NCBI GenBank assembly: GCA_964356325.1
Contig: CAYHHL010000008.1
Coordinates: 342-56,193 of the forward strand
Source: an uncultured Enterobacteriaceae bacterium
GTDB taxonomy: Bacteria; Myxococcota_A; UBA9042
Reading direction: 5' to 3'
DNA: 55,852 bases
This document shows, in pieces, positions 1 to 10,023 of this stretch; position 1 is the stretch's first letter; every line of letters begins with the position of its first letter. The notes under the pieces were generated by a model that saw only the letters and a program-made list of their open reading frames with translations, had not been told where the DNA came from and ran no database searches. A program made the translations under genes and the position numbers.

Positions 1-1
1 C

Positions 2-3000
2 AGCGACGCCTGCGATCCGCTGAAGACCCAGCTCGACGGCAACGGCAAGCCCCTGTTCGGCTTTTGCGAGTACACCAGCCTGGCCAATGGCGCGACCTGC
101 ACCGACGGCAACGCCTGCACCACCCTGGACGCCTGCGCGGACGGCGCCTGCAAGGGCAAGGACTACCAGGTCACCGGCCAGTGCGACGACAAAAACGATT
201 GCACCAACGACAGTTGCCAGCCGGGCGGCGGTTGCGTGCACACGCCCAAGGACGGCCAGTTCTGCAACGACGGCGACGTCTGCACCAACATCGACAAGTG
301 CAGCAACAGCGTGTGCAAGGGCGTGGCCAAGGACTGCAAGGATTCCAATGCTTGCACCACGGACAAGTGCGACGCTGCGAGCGGCAGTTGCAGCCACGCC
401 GAGTTCAAGGGCCCGTGCGACGACGGCGACGCCTGCACCCAGAATGACGTGTGCGAGGGCGGTGTTTGCGACGGGTCCAAGATCAACTGCGACGATCTCA
501 ATCCCTGCACCAACGACATCTGCGACACCCAGAAGGGCTGCCTGCACGTCAAGGCGAGCGGCGGAACGCCTTGCGATGACGGACTTTCGTGCACCACCGA
601 CATGAACGGCAAGCCCGGCGGCGACTACTGCGACAACGGCGCTTGCGTCCCGCTCAAGGACGAGTGCAAGGCCTGCAAAGGCGACACCGAGTGCAAGGGC
701 GAGGACGACAACGACTTCTGCACCGGCATCGTCAAGTGCATCACCGGCCACCCGACCAAGCCCTTGGTTTGCGCGGTGGACGTCAAGACCGTGGTCAAGT
801 GCGACGCCAGCAAGGACGGCGAATGCGCGAAGAACACGTGCAATCCCGACAGCGGCTCGTGCAGCGTCCTGCTCAAGAACGAGGGCGCGCCGTGCTCGGG
901 TGGCGACAAGTGCGTGGACAACGCGACCTGCACGGCTAGCGGCACCTGCGTCGGCGTGGTCACCGTCTGCGACGACAAGAACCCGTGCACCGACGATTCC
1001 TGCGACAAGCTGAAGGGTTGCGTCTACAAGGCCAAGCTGGACGCGACCTCGTGCGACGACAAGAACGTGTGCACGCCGACCAGCGTTTGCCAGGTCGGCC
1101 AGTGCGTAGGCTCGGAGAACACGTGCTTTTGCAACAACGACGACCAGTGCAAGGAGTTTGATGACGGCGATGCCTGCAACGGACTGGTGAAGTGCCTGGC
1201 CGATCCCAAGGGCGGCGCGCAAAAGCTGTGCCAGCAGGCCGCCAACTCGGCGGTGACCTGCCCGGCCTTGGACAACAAGCCTTGTCAGGCCAACGCTTGC
1301 GACGCGAAGGACGGCAAATGCGTCGCGGTGCCCAAGAACAATGGCACCGCCTGCAACGACCAGAACGCCTGCACGGTCGGCGAGACCTGCTCCTCGGGCA
1401 CTTGCGCGTCCAACAAGCAAATCGACTGCGGTGACGCCAACTTGTGTACGGTGGACGTGTGCGACAAGGTGTTCGGTTGCGCCAATGCACCCACCGCCAA
1501 GGGCGGCCTGTGCGACGACGGCGACGCGTGCACCAAGGTCGACAACTGCGACGAGAACGGCAATTGCGTCGGCACCAAGCTCAGTTGCGACGACGGCAAC
1601 GCTTGCACGATCGATCTGTGCGACAAGACCGTGGGCTGCAAGTCCTTGATCGAAGACGGTTCGGTATGCGACGACGGCGATCCGTGCTCGCTCAAGGACG
1701 CCTGCAAGGACGGCAAGTGCGCGGGCGAGGCGTTGAACTGCGACGACAAGAACAGTTGCACCGTGGACGCATGCGACGGCAAGGGCGGCTGCAAGAACGT
1801 GCTGATCGAGGGCAAAGACTGCACCGACGGCGATAACTGCACAGTGGCGGACACTTGCGTCGCGGGCCAGTGCGTCGGCAAGGTCAAGAGCTGCGATGAC
1901 AACAACCCGTGCACCGAGGACGCCTGCATCAAGGGGTCGTGCGTCATCACCCCGTCGGTGAACAAGGCCTGCGACGACGGCAACGCCTGCACCTACCAGG
2001 ACATCTGCGACCTGAAAGGCACCTGCGCCGGCAAGGTCTTGGACTGCACCACCAACTCCGTGTGCCTGGTGAACCTGTCGTGCTCGCCGGTCACGGGCTG
2101 CACCAACGTCACCAACGACGGCAAGCCCTGCAGCGACAATGACTCTTGCACCCTCAGCGACACGTGCGCGGGCGGCGGTTGCCAGGGCGTGAAGCTGAAT
2201 TGCGACGACAAGGACGTGTGCACCGCGGACAAGTGCGATCCCAAGATCGGCTGCCAGGTCAGCCAGAACCTGTGCGACGACCTCAATCCGTGCACGATCG
2301 ACACCTGCGACAAGACCGCCGGCTGCAAGCACGAAGTGGTCGAGGGCGCGGCATGCGACGACGGCGACAAGTGCCACGAGAAGGGCCAGTGCTCGGGCGG
2401 CAAGTGCCAGACCCAGAACGTCAAGTGCGACGACAAGAACGGTTGCACGCTGGATGGCTGCGACGCCAAGACCGGTTGCGTCTTCCTGGCCGGCGACGAC
2501 ACCGTGGTGACGTGCGACGACAACAACCCTTGCACCAAGGATACTTGCAGCGCGGGCGAGTGCACGGCCTCGGACACCGTTTGCGACGACGGCAATCCCT
2601 GCACGGTCGATGCCTGCGACAAACTCAAGGGTTGCGTGGTCACCGACGCCAAGGAAGGCGCGAGTTGCGACGATGGCGAAAGCTGCACGAAGAACACGGT
2701 TTGCCAGGGCGGCTTCTGCTCGGGCGGCTCGAACTCGTGCGCGAACTGCGCGGCGGACAAGGACTGCGACGTCTACGACGCGACCGGCAACAACAAGTGC
2801 GACAACTCGTACGCCTGCAAGTTCAGCACGGTGCTGGCCAAGAAGGTCTGCGTGTTCTTGCCCGATCCGGTCACGTGCGACACCTCGACCGACACGGAAT
2901 GCACCAAGAATTCGTGCGCCCTGGCGACCGGCAAGTGCCAGGCCACTGAAGTGCTGAACGGCACCCAGTGCGAGGACGGCAAGGGTTGCACGGTCAGCGA

Positions 3001-6000
3001 CACCTGCACGGGCGGCAAGTGCCTGGCGGGTCAGCCCAACGACTGCAAGGGCGTCAAGGACTCGTGCAACGACGCGAAATGCGTGGAGGATGCCACGAGC
3101 AAGGACGGCTTTGCCTGCGTGGCGTTGCCCAAGATCGACTTGACCGTGTGCGATGCCGACGGCAGCGGCTGTACGGCCAACGACGCCTGTTCACAGGGTA
3201 AATGCATCAAGGGCACGCCGGTCGACTGCACCGGCGTGGCCAAGGTGTGCGAAGTGGCGACCTGCAAGTCCACCGGCGCCACCAGCTTCTCGTGCGCGGT
3301 GGCCATGGCCGTGGACAATACCCCGTGCGAAGACGGACAGTTGTGTACGGACGGCGACTTCTGCAAGGGCGGCAAGTGCACCGCCGGCACCAAGCCTCAC
3401 GATTGCTCCAGCGTGGCAGGCATTTGCGCGACAGGCTTCTGCGACAAGGCGGGCAACGCCGGGACCGGTGCGTGCGTGCCTCAAGCCCAAAATGAAGGCA
3501 AGACCTGCGACGCGGACGGCAACGGTTGCACCACTTCGGACAAGTGCATCGGCGGCACCTGCGTACCGGGCCTGCCACCGGATTGCGACGCCCAGTCGAG
3601 CAGTTGCACGACCGGCGCGTGCAAGTCCAACGACGCGGGCACCTACCAGTGCATCGGCGCGCCCAAGGCCGAGAAGCTGCCGTGCGAGGCGGACAACGAC
3701 GGCTGCACGATCGGTGACTCGTGTTCGAGCGGCAAGTGCGCCGCGGGCATCAAGAAGGACTGTTCGAGCATCACCAGCAAGGACGGCTGCCAGGTCGGCA
3801 CCTGCAAGTCCTTGGGATCCTCGCAGAACACCTGCGTGATCGCGCCTGCCCCGACGGGCCAGACCTGCGACTCGGATGGCAACGGCTGCACCAAGGGCGA
3901 CACCTGCAACAAGGACGGCGCGTGCATTCCGGGCGCGGCGGTGGACTGCCTCGCGTTTGGTGGATCGTGTTCGACCGGCGTGTGCAGTTCGACCGGTGCC
4001 AGCACCTTCACGTGCAGCGGCACGGCCAAGCCCGACGGCGCCGCTTGTGACGGCGACTTGAACGGCTGCACCGTGGCCGACAAGTGCAAGACCGGCAAGT
4101 GCGTCCCGGGCCCGGCGCCCGACTGCAGCGCCAAGGCCGGCACCAACGTCTGCCTCGTGGGCAAGTGCTTGAACAGTGGTTCTGACAAGTTCCAGTGCGA
4201 CGCCTTCCCGGTCACCGACAACACGCCGTGCGACAAGGACGGCAGCGGTTGCACCGTGGACGACAGTTGCCAGTTGGGCTTCTGCACCGCGGGCGACTTG
4301 CAGACGTGCTCTGCATTCGCAGGCTTGTGCGGTGACGTGAAGTGCGATTCGACCGGCACCAACGCGTACAAGTGCACGGTCACGCCCAAGGAAAGCTTCC
4401 CGGCGCTCGATCCGCCGGTCGCTTGCACCACGACGGACACGCCGCCCAAGTGCGACCTGGGCTACACCTGCGTGCTGCAGAATGCGACGACCAAGGCGGG
4501 CGTTTGCGCCCCGAAGGCGACTGTCTACTGCGATGACAAGGACTTGTGCACGCTGAACGACGTGTGCGTCAGTGGCAAGTGCAAGGCCGGCATCCAGAAG
4601 GACTGCGACGACAAGGACCCGTGCACGCTGGACGCCTGCAAGTTGGGCAAGTGCTCCAACACCGTGATCGCGGGCTGCGTGTCTTGCGTCAATGAGGTAT
4701 TCGACCCATCGTCGTCCAGCAACTGGCTGGCGTTGTCTGACGACCCGACGTACGTCTCGTGGGCTGACTCGGACAAGAACCCGTTCGCCGGCAATGGCCA
4801 CATTCGCGCGACTTGGAAGGGACCGCCGGCCGTCGCGCCGAAAGTGCCCGGAGTCAGTGCGACCTACAAGTATCGGCGCATGTACGTCGAATCGAGCTTG
4901 ACCGCGCAGATGGACTTCAACCTGGCGATGACGGTGGCGACACAGGAGTGCGGATACGACGACTTCAGCGTGTGGATCAACGGGGTCAAGGTGCTCGAGC
5001 GGTGCGCCTCCACGGACTCGACCAAGTTGTTGCCGGGCAGCAAGTACGAACACGTCGTGGTCGACCTCGCGCCGTACGCCGGTTCGCACATCGACTTCGA
5101 ACTGCGCGCGATGGCGGGTATCGACCCGACTTCGAGCGGAACCATCGATGTCGACAGCGTGCGCGTCACTGGTGCCTGCGGACCTGGCTGTCTGGGCGTG
5201 AACTTCGAGCCGATCGAGGGCGCCGTCGATAACAGCGGTCAGCCGATTCTGGAAGTGCTGCCGCAAACGGCGCTGGTGTCCTCGTCGACGAGCAGCTACA
5301 TGGCTTGGAACTCAATTGTTACAGGTGGTCACACGCTCGTTGGCTTGATGCAGGCAAAGTACAAGGGGGCTCCTCCGGGCGGCGTGGCGCAGACGGCGAG
5401 TCTGACCATCAAGTCGGTGCGGCCCATCCCCGGTGACAAGCTGTGGTTTGCCGTGAAGTCGACGGGCGTTGCGGACACGGGGTGCACGGGCGACGATCTG
5501 GTTGTGACGTTGGGCGGCAAGGAGATCTACAAGCGCTGCGACGACACGAACAACTGGAAGACCGAGTCCGTGGACCTCGCAGCCTATGCCAGCCAGACGG
5601 TGGACCTCGTGTTCACGGTGACTTCGGGCAAGACCGGCACGAGCGGCGGTACGTTCGAAATCGACGACGTCGCGATTGCGGGTAATTGTACCTACGCTTG
5701 CTTCCACGAGGCATTCGACTCGATGTCCGAGTGGACCACGACCGCGAGCAACCCGCCGAATTTCAAAGCTTGGACTTCGATCGCCGCCAATCCGGCGCCG
5801 CCCGTCAGCCCACCCAAGGTCGCGTTTGCCGGCTTTGACAAGGCGGCGACTCCAGGCCTCGTGCCTCAGTCCATCGTGTCGGCGCACTCGAAGAAGTTCA
5901 CGCGGATTTCTGTGCTCGGCGCGACCTACAGCTACAACATCAACGTCTTCGCGGCGACAGATACCTGCAAGACTGGCGGACTCATGCTATTCCGCGCGTC

Positions 6001-6238
6001 GACCTCGGCCGCCGTGCCGGCAACCAAGCCAGCGGACTTTCAGAAGGACGTCGACGGAAACGTCACCTTCGCGACGGCGTGCGTCTCGACGTCAGGTTGG
6101 AGCGGCGGCCCGTACGTGAACGACCTGGACAAGCGACTGTTGGGCAGCAGGTTCAGGATGAGCATGCACATGCTCGTGGCCGACAAGGCCACCGCTGCCA
6201 AGGTGTTCGTCGACGACTTGACGATCATGTGTAAGTAA
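2..6238 (+). CDS. Giant cysteine-rich repeat surface/extracellular protein, 5'-truncated (CDDxNxCTxDxC repeats, Dictyostelium-type CTDC-like, plus three C-terminal beta-sandwich modules)
   Basis: Frame is open from nt 2 (SDACDPLKT...) and continuous with the 2000-aa ORF to TAA at 6238. It contains dozens of CDDGNxCTxDxC-type repeats. The last ~500 aa form three modules ending in IDVDSVRV / IDDVAI / VDDLTI. Confidence 0.9.
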   Translation, partial: SDACDPLKTQLDGNGKPLFGFCEYTSLANGATCTDGNACTTLDACADGACKGKDYQVTGQCDDKNDCTNDSCQPGGGCVHTPKDGQFCNDGDVCTNIDKCSNSVCKGVAKDCKDSNACTTDKCDAASGSCSHAEFKGPCDDGDACTQNDVCEGGVCDGSKINCDDLNPCTNDICDTQKGCLHVKASGGTPCDDGLSCTTDMNGKPGGDYCDNGACVPLKDECKACKGDTECKGEDDNDFCTGIVKCITGHPTKPLVCAVDVKTVVKCDASKDGECAKNTCNPDSGSCSVLLKNEGAPCSGGDKCVDNATCTASGTCVGVVTVCDDKNPCTDDSCDKLKGCVYKAKLDATSCDDKNVCTPTSVCQVGQCVGSENTCFCNNDDQCKEFDDGDACNGLVKCLADPKGGAQKLCQQAANSAVTCPALDNKPCQANACDAKDGKCVAVPKNNGTACNDQNACTVGETCSSGTCASNKQIDCGDANLCTVDVCDKVFGCANAPTAKGGLCDDGDACTKVDNCDENGNCVGTKLSCDDGNACTIDLCDKTVGCKSLIEDGSVCDDGDPCSLKDACKDGKCAGEALNCDDKNSCTVDACDGKGGCKNVLIEGKDCTDGDNCTVADTCVAGQCVGKVKSCDDNNPCTEDACIKGSCVITPSVNKACDDGNACTYQDICDLKGTCAGKVLDCTTNSVCLVNLSCSPVTGCTNVTNDGKPCSDNDSCTLSDTCAGGGCQGVKLNCDDKDVCTADKCDPKIGCQVSQNLCDDLNPCTIDTCDKTAGCKHEVVEGAACDDGDKCHEKGQCSGGKCQTQNVKCDDKNGCTLDGCDAKTGCVFLAGDDTVVTCDDNNPCTKDTCSAGECTASDTVCDDGNPCTVDACDKLKGCVVTDAKEGASCDDGESCTKNTVCQGGFCSGGSNSCANCAADKDCDVYDATGNNKCDNSYACKFSTVLAKKVCVFLPDPVTCDTSTDTECTKNSCALATGKCQATEVLNGTQCEDGKGCTVSDTCTGGKCLAGQPNDCKGVKDSCNDAKCVEDATSKDGFACVALPKIDLTVCDADGSGCTANDACSQGKCIKGTPVDCTGVAKVCEVATCKSTGATSFSCAVAMAVDNTPCEDGQLCTDGDFCKGGKCTAGTKPHDCSSVAGICATGFCDKAGNAGTGACVPQAQNEGKTCDADGNGCTTSDKCIGGTCVPGLPPDCDAQSSSCTTGACKSNDAGTYQCIGAPKAEKLPCEADNDGCTIGDSCSSGKCAAGIKKDCSSITSKDGCQVGTCKSLGSSQNTCVIAPAPTGQTCDSDGNGCTKGDTCNKDGACIPGAAVDCLAFGGSCSTGVCSSTGASTFTCSGTAKPDGAACDGDLNGCTVADKCKTGKCVPGPAPDCSAKAGTNVCLVGKCLNSGSDKFQCDAFPVTDNTPCDKDGSGCTVDDSCQLGFCTAGDLQTCSAFAGLCGDVKCDSTGTNAYKCTVTPKESFPALDPPVACTTTDTPPKCDLGYTCVLQNATTKAGVCAPKATVYCDDKDLCTLNDVCVSGKCKAGIQKDCDDKDPCTLDACKLGKCSNTVIAGCVSCVNEVFDPSSSSNWLALSDDPTYVSWADSDKNPFAGNGHIRATWKGPPAVAPKVPGVSATYKYRRMYVESSLTAQMDFNLAMTVATQECGYDDFSVWINGVKVLERCASTDSTKLLPGSKYEHVVVDLAPYAGSHIDFELRAMAGIDPTSSGTIDVDSVRVTGACGPGCLGVNFEPIEGAVDNSGQPILEVLPQTALVSSSTSSYMAWNSIVTGGHTLVGLMQAKYKGAPPGGVAQTASLTIKSVRPIPGDKLWFAVKSTGVADTGCTGDDLVVTLGGKEIYKRCDDTNNWKTESVDLAAYASQTVDLVFTVTSGKTGTSGGTFEIDDVAIAGNCTYACFHEAFDSMSEWTTTASNPPNFKAWTSIAANPAPPVSPPKVAFAGFDKAATPGLVPQSIVSAHSKKFTRISVLGATYSYNINVFAATDTCKTGGLMLFRASTSAAVPATKPADFQKDVDGNVTFATACVSTSGWSGGPYVNDLDKRLLGSRFRMSMHMLVADKATAAKVFVDDLTIMCK

Positions 6239-6283
6239 GCGTGGTTGCCTGCGAGCAGGCGCTCCGGGATGGGCGGTCTAGGC

Positions 6284-7243
6284 TCAGACCGGCGGGGCAA
6301 CCCGCGTCGTTTCCCAACCTTGCGGCAAGGGCCAGGGTTCCATGATGCCCGCGGCCGTCCAGAAGTCCGGCGGTGGTGGCTGCACGATGCGTTGCACCTT
6401 GCCAGTGCCCGGATCGCGGACCTGCAACTGAGCGGCATGCAAGCCGATGCGCTGCGGCGGCGTCGATTGCGGCACGTCCCCGTACTGCAGATCGCCCGCG
6501 ATGGCGCCAGTACTCCACGCAAGGTGGACGCGGACTTGATGCGAGCGCCCGGTCTCGAGTTCGACCAGCACCAGGGCGAGGCCTGCTTCGGCATCGAACA
6601 GCAGTGGCAGTAAGTGGGTCACTGCCGGCACGCCCGTTGGTCCGATCGCCATGAAACCAGGACGGATCTCGACCAGGGGCTCACGGATCGTCTGGGCCTG
6701 CACCGGCAGCGTGGTGCGAACGAGGGCGAGGTAACGGCGGTGCGCGGTATGTTCGCGAAACTGACCGGCGAGGTCGCTCGTCGCCTCCGGGTCCAGGCCG
6801 AAAATCACGAGACCCGAGACGTCGCGATCCAGTCGGTGCACGTCGCCAGGTCGGGTGCCTTGCGCCACGTCGGTGCGCGTCGACCACCAGCGCTGAACGC
6901 GAAGATTCAGGGCATCGCCACCGCGGGGAGGCGGCTGCGTCGGCAGGCCCGCGGGCTTGTCCACAACCAGGATACGTGTTGATTCAAAGACTACCGTGAC
7001 ACCGCCGCCGCCAACCCCGGTTCGGTCCGGCGCGGGAGGCAGCACGTGGATCGATTGGCCCGCACGCACGCGAGTACCCGGGGCCCGCTCCCGCTTCTTG
7101 TCGACGTAAACGGACCCCGCCGCCACTACGTGCTGCGACCGACTGCGCGGCCAGGTCGTCGCCGTGGAAATGACCACGTCCAGCCGCGCGCCGTCCTGCG
7201 CTGGCGTCACGACCAGACGGTGTTCCTCGTCGACGTTGGCCAC
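6284..7243 (-). CDS. RluA/RluD-family RNA pseudouridine synthase with N-terminal S4 domain
   Basis: Motifs present: VVDKPAGL, catalytic HRLDRDVSG, LETGRSHQVRVHL, IAGDLQYG, LHAAQL. S4-like N-terminus (RLDVVI...SRSQ). Confidence 0.9.
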   Translation of the reverse strand: MANVDEEHRLVVTPAQDGARLDVVISTATTWPRSRSQHVVAAGSVYVDKKRERAPGTRVRAGQSIHVLPPAPDRTGVGGGGVTVVFESTRILVVDKPAGLPTQPPPRGGDALNLRVQRWWSTRTDVAQGTRPGDVHRLDRDVSGLVIFGLDPEATSDLAGQFREHTAHRRYLALVRTTLPVQAQTIREPLVEIRPGFMAIGPTGVPAVTHLLPLLFDAEAGLALVLVELETGRSHQVRVHLAWSTGAIAGDLQYGDVPQSTPPQRIGLHAAQLQVRDPGTGKVQRIVQPPPPDFWTAAGIMEPWPLPQGWETTRVAPPV

Positions 7244-7258
7244 GGTGCCTCCTGAGGC

Positions 7259-7372
7259 GATCAGTAAAAATCTGATTTTTGCTGATCATACTCTGTTGTT
7301 TGCTGGGTCGCCGAGCGCGCAGATGCGGTCGCGCCGGCTCCTTCAGAGGTCGTTTTGCGTATTTTACTGATC
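7259..7372. repeat. AT-rich palindrome plus a third half-site (possible operator or MITE-like ends)
   Basis: GATCAGTAAAAATC-T-GATTTTTGCTGATC at 7259-7287 (13/14 inverted match), and TTTTACTGATC at 7362-7372. Confidence 0.5.
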
Positions 7373-7466
7373 CCGTGAATTCGGGGCAGTGTTCCGCAAG
7401 CGCAACGCACTGCGACGCCAAACGGACGGCCGCTCCCCATTGCGGGTTGCCGTGCGGTTGCCACAA

Positions 7467-8819
7467 TTACTTGCTTTGCACCGGCACCTGCAGTTCGACC
7501 GTGAACTCGTCGGTCTTGGGGTCGGGACGGTCAAAGTAACGGATCGCAGGACGCCCCGTGCCCTTCACCGCGGCCAGGAACTTCTGCAACTCCGCCCGCA
7601 ACTGGCTTTTCGGCACGCGCATCACTTGGCTGGCTATGGCGGGCTCAGCGGGAATCACGGTCAGACGCTGGCGCAACGCTTCGTTGGCCGACCCGGCGGA
7701 AGGCGGCACAGCGAGCCAGAGTTCGACCCCCTGATCCAGCGCGGGCGGACTGCCGAACACTTCGTACAGTTCCGTTTGCTCCCATTGCTCCCACGAAAAC
7801 AGGTTGTCCACCGAGGCGGTCGGATTTTCGGCCGAGTACGTACCGGCCTCGATGCGCACGACCACGAGAGGTGGACGCGCCACCACTTGGATGGGCAACA
7901 ACTTCGTGAACGCGGGCGGCTTCATCCGCGAGGGCTCGATCGATGGCTTGACGCTCGTCACCCGGTCCGCGAACGTGGCGATCGGCGTCTCGGCCATGTC
8001 GTCGTCGTACAGGCTGATCCGGCGCATCGTCGGAATCTGCGCATGACCAATGGTTTGCCTCTCAGAGAGCGCAACGTTGACATTGTGCGCCGAGAGCCGC
8101 ATCACTCGCCCGGATTGAGGATCGATGAACAGCGTGGATTCACCCAGATTCGGCGCCAAGTAGAGCAGCGTGTTCGTCAGTTGCCCGTCCATCTGCGCAC
8201 CGCCGGCCAACTTCATTTGCCAAGGCGGACCCTGCAGCGGGAGCAGTGCCGTGGCGACGTGTGCCAGGCCGGTCGCGACCAGGATTGCGCGCTCGCGACG
8301 CTCGCAGGGCAGGACGATTTGCCCCTTTTTCAGCCAGCACGTGCCGTCGACCAGGCCTTGCTGTTCGCCGGTTTGCTTGTTCATGATCACGACGTTACCG
8401 TGTTCGTCACACAGCGCCTCAAGCGCCGCGCTGCCCTGCGAACCCACCCGGAACAACTCGTACGTCGCACGCCGGAAGTTGTCGAGCCCGCGCACGCCGC
8501 CCGCCTTGTCGATCGAGAGTTGGAGCACGCGCGGACCATCGGCCACCGACCGCGCGTAGACCGCCATGCCCTCGGGAACTGGTGCCCCCGCCGCAGTCGG
8601 CGCTTCCGGCGCGTCGATCGGGGCCGGGAGCACAACGTGAATCGGCTGTGGTTTTAGCGGATTGACGGATGGTGCAGTCGGTGGTTCAACGGGTGCTTGG
8701 GCTTGCGGAGTCGGCGGGGGTGGCGCGATCGGCCGAGGATCTTGCCCCGACCGCCACAGAACGGCCGCCACGACGCCTAGCGCCGCGATGAGGGCCAGCG
8801 CAATCCTGGGGTTCTTCAT
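7467..8819 (-). CDS. Membrane-anchored/exported protein with C-terminal GyrI-like small-molecule-binding domain
   Basis: N-terminal hydrophobic segment MKNPRIALALIAALGVVAAVLW and a Pro-rich linker. The C-terminus RPAIRYFDRPDPKTDEFTVELQVPV resembles GyrI-like domain ends. Start chosen at ATG 8819. Confidence 0.55.
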   Translation of the reverse strand: MKNPRIALALIAALGVVAAVLWRSGQDPRPIAPPPPTPQAQAPVEPPTAPSVNPLKPQPIHVVLPAPIDAPEAPTAAGAPVPEGMAVYARSVADGPRVLQLSIDKAGGVRGLDNFRRATYELFRVGSQGSAALEALCDEHGNVVIMNKQTGEQQGLVDGTCWLKKGQIVLPCERRERAILVATGLAHVATALLPLQGPPWQMKLAGGAQMDGQLTNTLLYLAPNLGESTLFIDPQSGRVMRLSAHNVNVALSERQTIGHAQIPTMRRISLYDDDMAETPIATFADRVTSVKPSIEPSRMKPPAFTKLLPIQVVARPPLVVVRIEAGTYSAENPTASVDNLFSWEQWEQTELYEVFGSPPALDQGVELWLAVPPSAGSANEALRQRLTVIPAEPAIASQVMRVPKSQLRAELQKFLAAVKGTGRPAIRYFDRPDPKTDEFTVELQVPVQSK

Positions 8820-9003
8820 GTCCGGTTCCTCGAGCACGTGGACGCCGAAAGGACGTCGGGCGCGCGAAGATGATGGCTGGAGCTCGACGCCAGTGCAAGG
8901 ATTCGACCGCCTGAAGCGAGGATTCGATCGGCGATCGCGTGGCGGTGAGCAGCTGATATTCGCTTGACGCACTGTGGCGCGAGGCGGTCTAATTCCGCGG
9001 CGC

Positions 9004-10023
9004 ATGAGGCTTGACGTGCCGCAATGGATACTCCGGCTGGTACTGGTGGCCGCGATGGCCATCGTAGGCTTTGCCGCGTCCAGACTTGCGGTGCCCGCCC
9101 GGCTGCCCTCGGCGGTGCCAATCACGGTCGCGCGGACTTTGTCGGCCCAAGCCCAGGTCGTGGCCGAAGTCGAGGCGGCTTTTGCACGCAGCCCCGGGCA
9201 GGCGATCATTCATCTCGGCTACGGCGACGGTTCTCTGGCGGTGCATCTGGCCGACGTGGCCCGCGGCGAGCGGTTCGACGTCATCGTCCTGTCGGATGTC
9301 CTGGATTCGCTCCTGGATCCGATGCCGCTGCTGCGCGCCGTGGGGGCCGCGCTGGTGCCAGGAACGGGTCGGCTGGTCCTGGTGCAGCCGCGTCTCGAAG
9401 AACGGTTCGTCGCTGGTGATTTCGATGCCGCCTTCGGCAGCGCGTGGCAGGAGGGCGCCACATCTGCTTCCCCAACAACGGCGCTGCAGGCTTTGCGCGC
9501 CGCGGTTTGGCAGCGCCTGCGCCCGACGACCCGGGCCGTTCTTGCTGCCGCACTTGCCGCTGACCTGCCAAACGACGTGCGTGACGCCCTCGCCGCCGAC
9601 TTCAACGTGATGCTGGACGATCGCAGCCTGGTCCCGGCGATCAACACGGCGCTCGGCGCGAGCGGCAGCGGCGTGGCCCAGGCGCTAACCCGTTGCCTGT
9701 CCTTGGCAGACACCACGGTGCTGCAGTGGTTGGTGTTGAACTTCGACGACCAAGGGATCTTCGAGCCCAGTGGACCGCTGCTGTCGCCGGTGGCGCAGGC
9801 CGCGTTGCACACGGTCAATGCGCTTTCTCTCGCGCCGTTGTTCAGGCCCGAAGGTCGCATGCAGGCGGGCGTTGCCGCGGCGGGGCTATTCCTGTCTGAA
9901 GCTGGGCTGGTCCGCCGTTTGCTGCGGGCCGGCTATCGACGCGTCGCCAGCCCGATCGAACCGGTGCAGGCCCTCGTGCTGGTCTTCGTGCGGGACGCGC
10001 AAGCCGGAGCCCGCCCTTGGTGA
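9004..10023 (+). CDS. Degenerate class I SAM-dependent methyltransferase-like protein (paralog of the downstream gene)
   Basis: N-terminal TM segment. Altered motif I (IIHLGYGDGSLA), then FDVIVLSDVL and LVPGTGRLVLVQ. Shares a helical insertion with 10020..11210. Stop overlaps the next start (GTGA). Confidence 0.6.
   Translation: MRLDVPQWILRLVLVAAMAIVGFAASRLAVPARLPSAVPITVARTLSAQAQVVAEVEAAFARSPGQAIIHLGYGDGSLAVHLADVARGERFDVIVLSDVLDSLLDPMPLLRAVGAALVPGTGRLVLVQPRLEERFVAGDFDAAFGSAWQEGATSASPTTALQALRAAVWQRLRPTTRAVLAAALAADLPNDVRDALAADFNVMLDDRSLVPAINTALGASGSGVAQALTRCLSLADTTVLQWLVLNFDDQGIFEPSGPLLSPVAQAALHTVNALSLAPLFRPEGRMQAGVAAAGLFLSEAGLVRRLLRAGYRRVASPIEPVQALVLVFVRDAQAGARPW

Noticed and set aside
3191-5266. 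Long antisense ORFs (also 12170..14134, 31555..33831, 39420..41933, 48770..50719, 53550..55265)
   Set aside because: These are shadow ORFs of high-GC3 genes on the opposite strand, with no family motifs.
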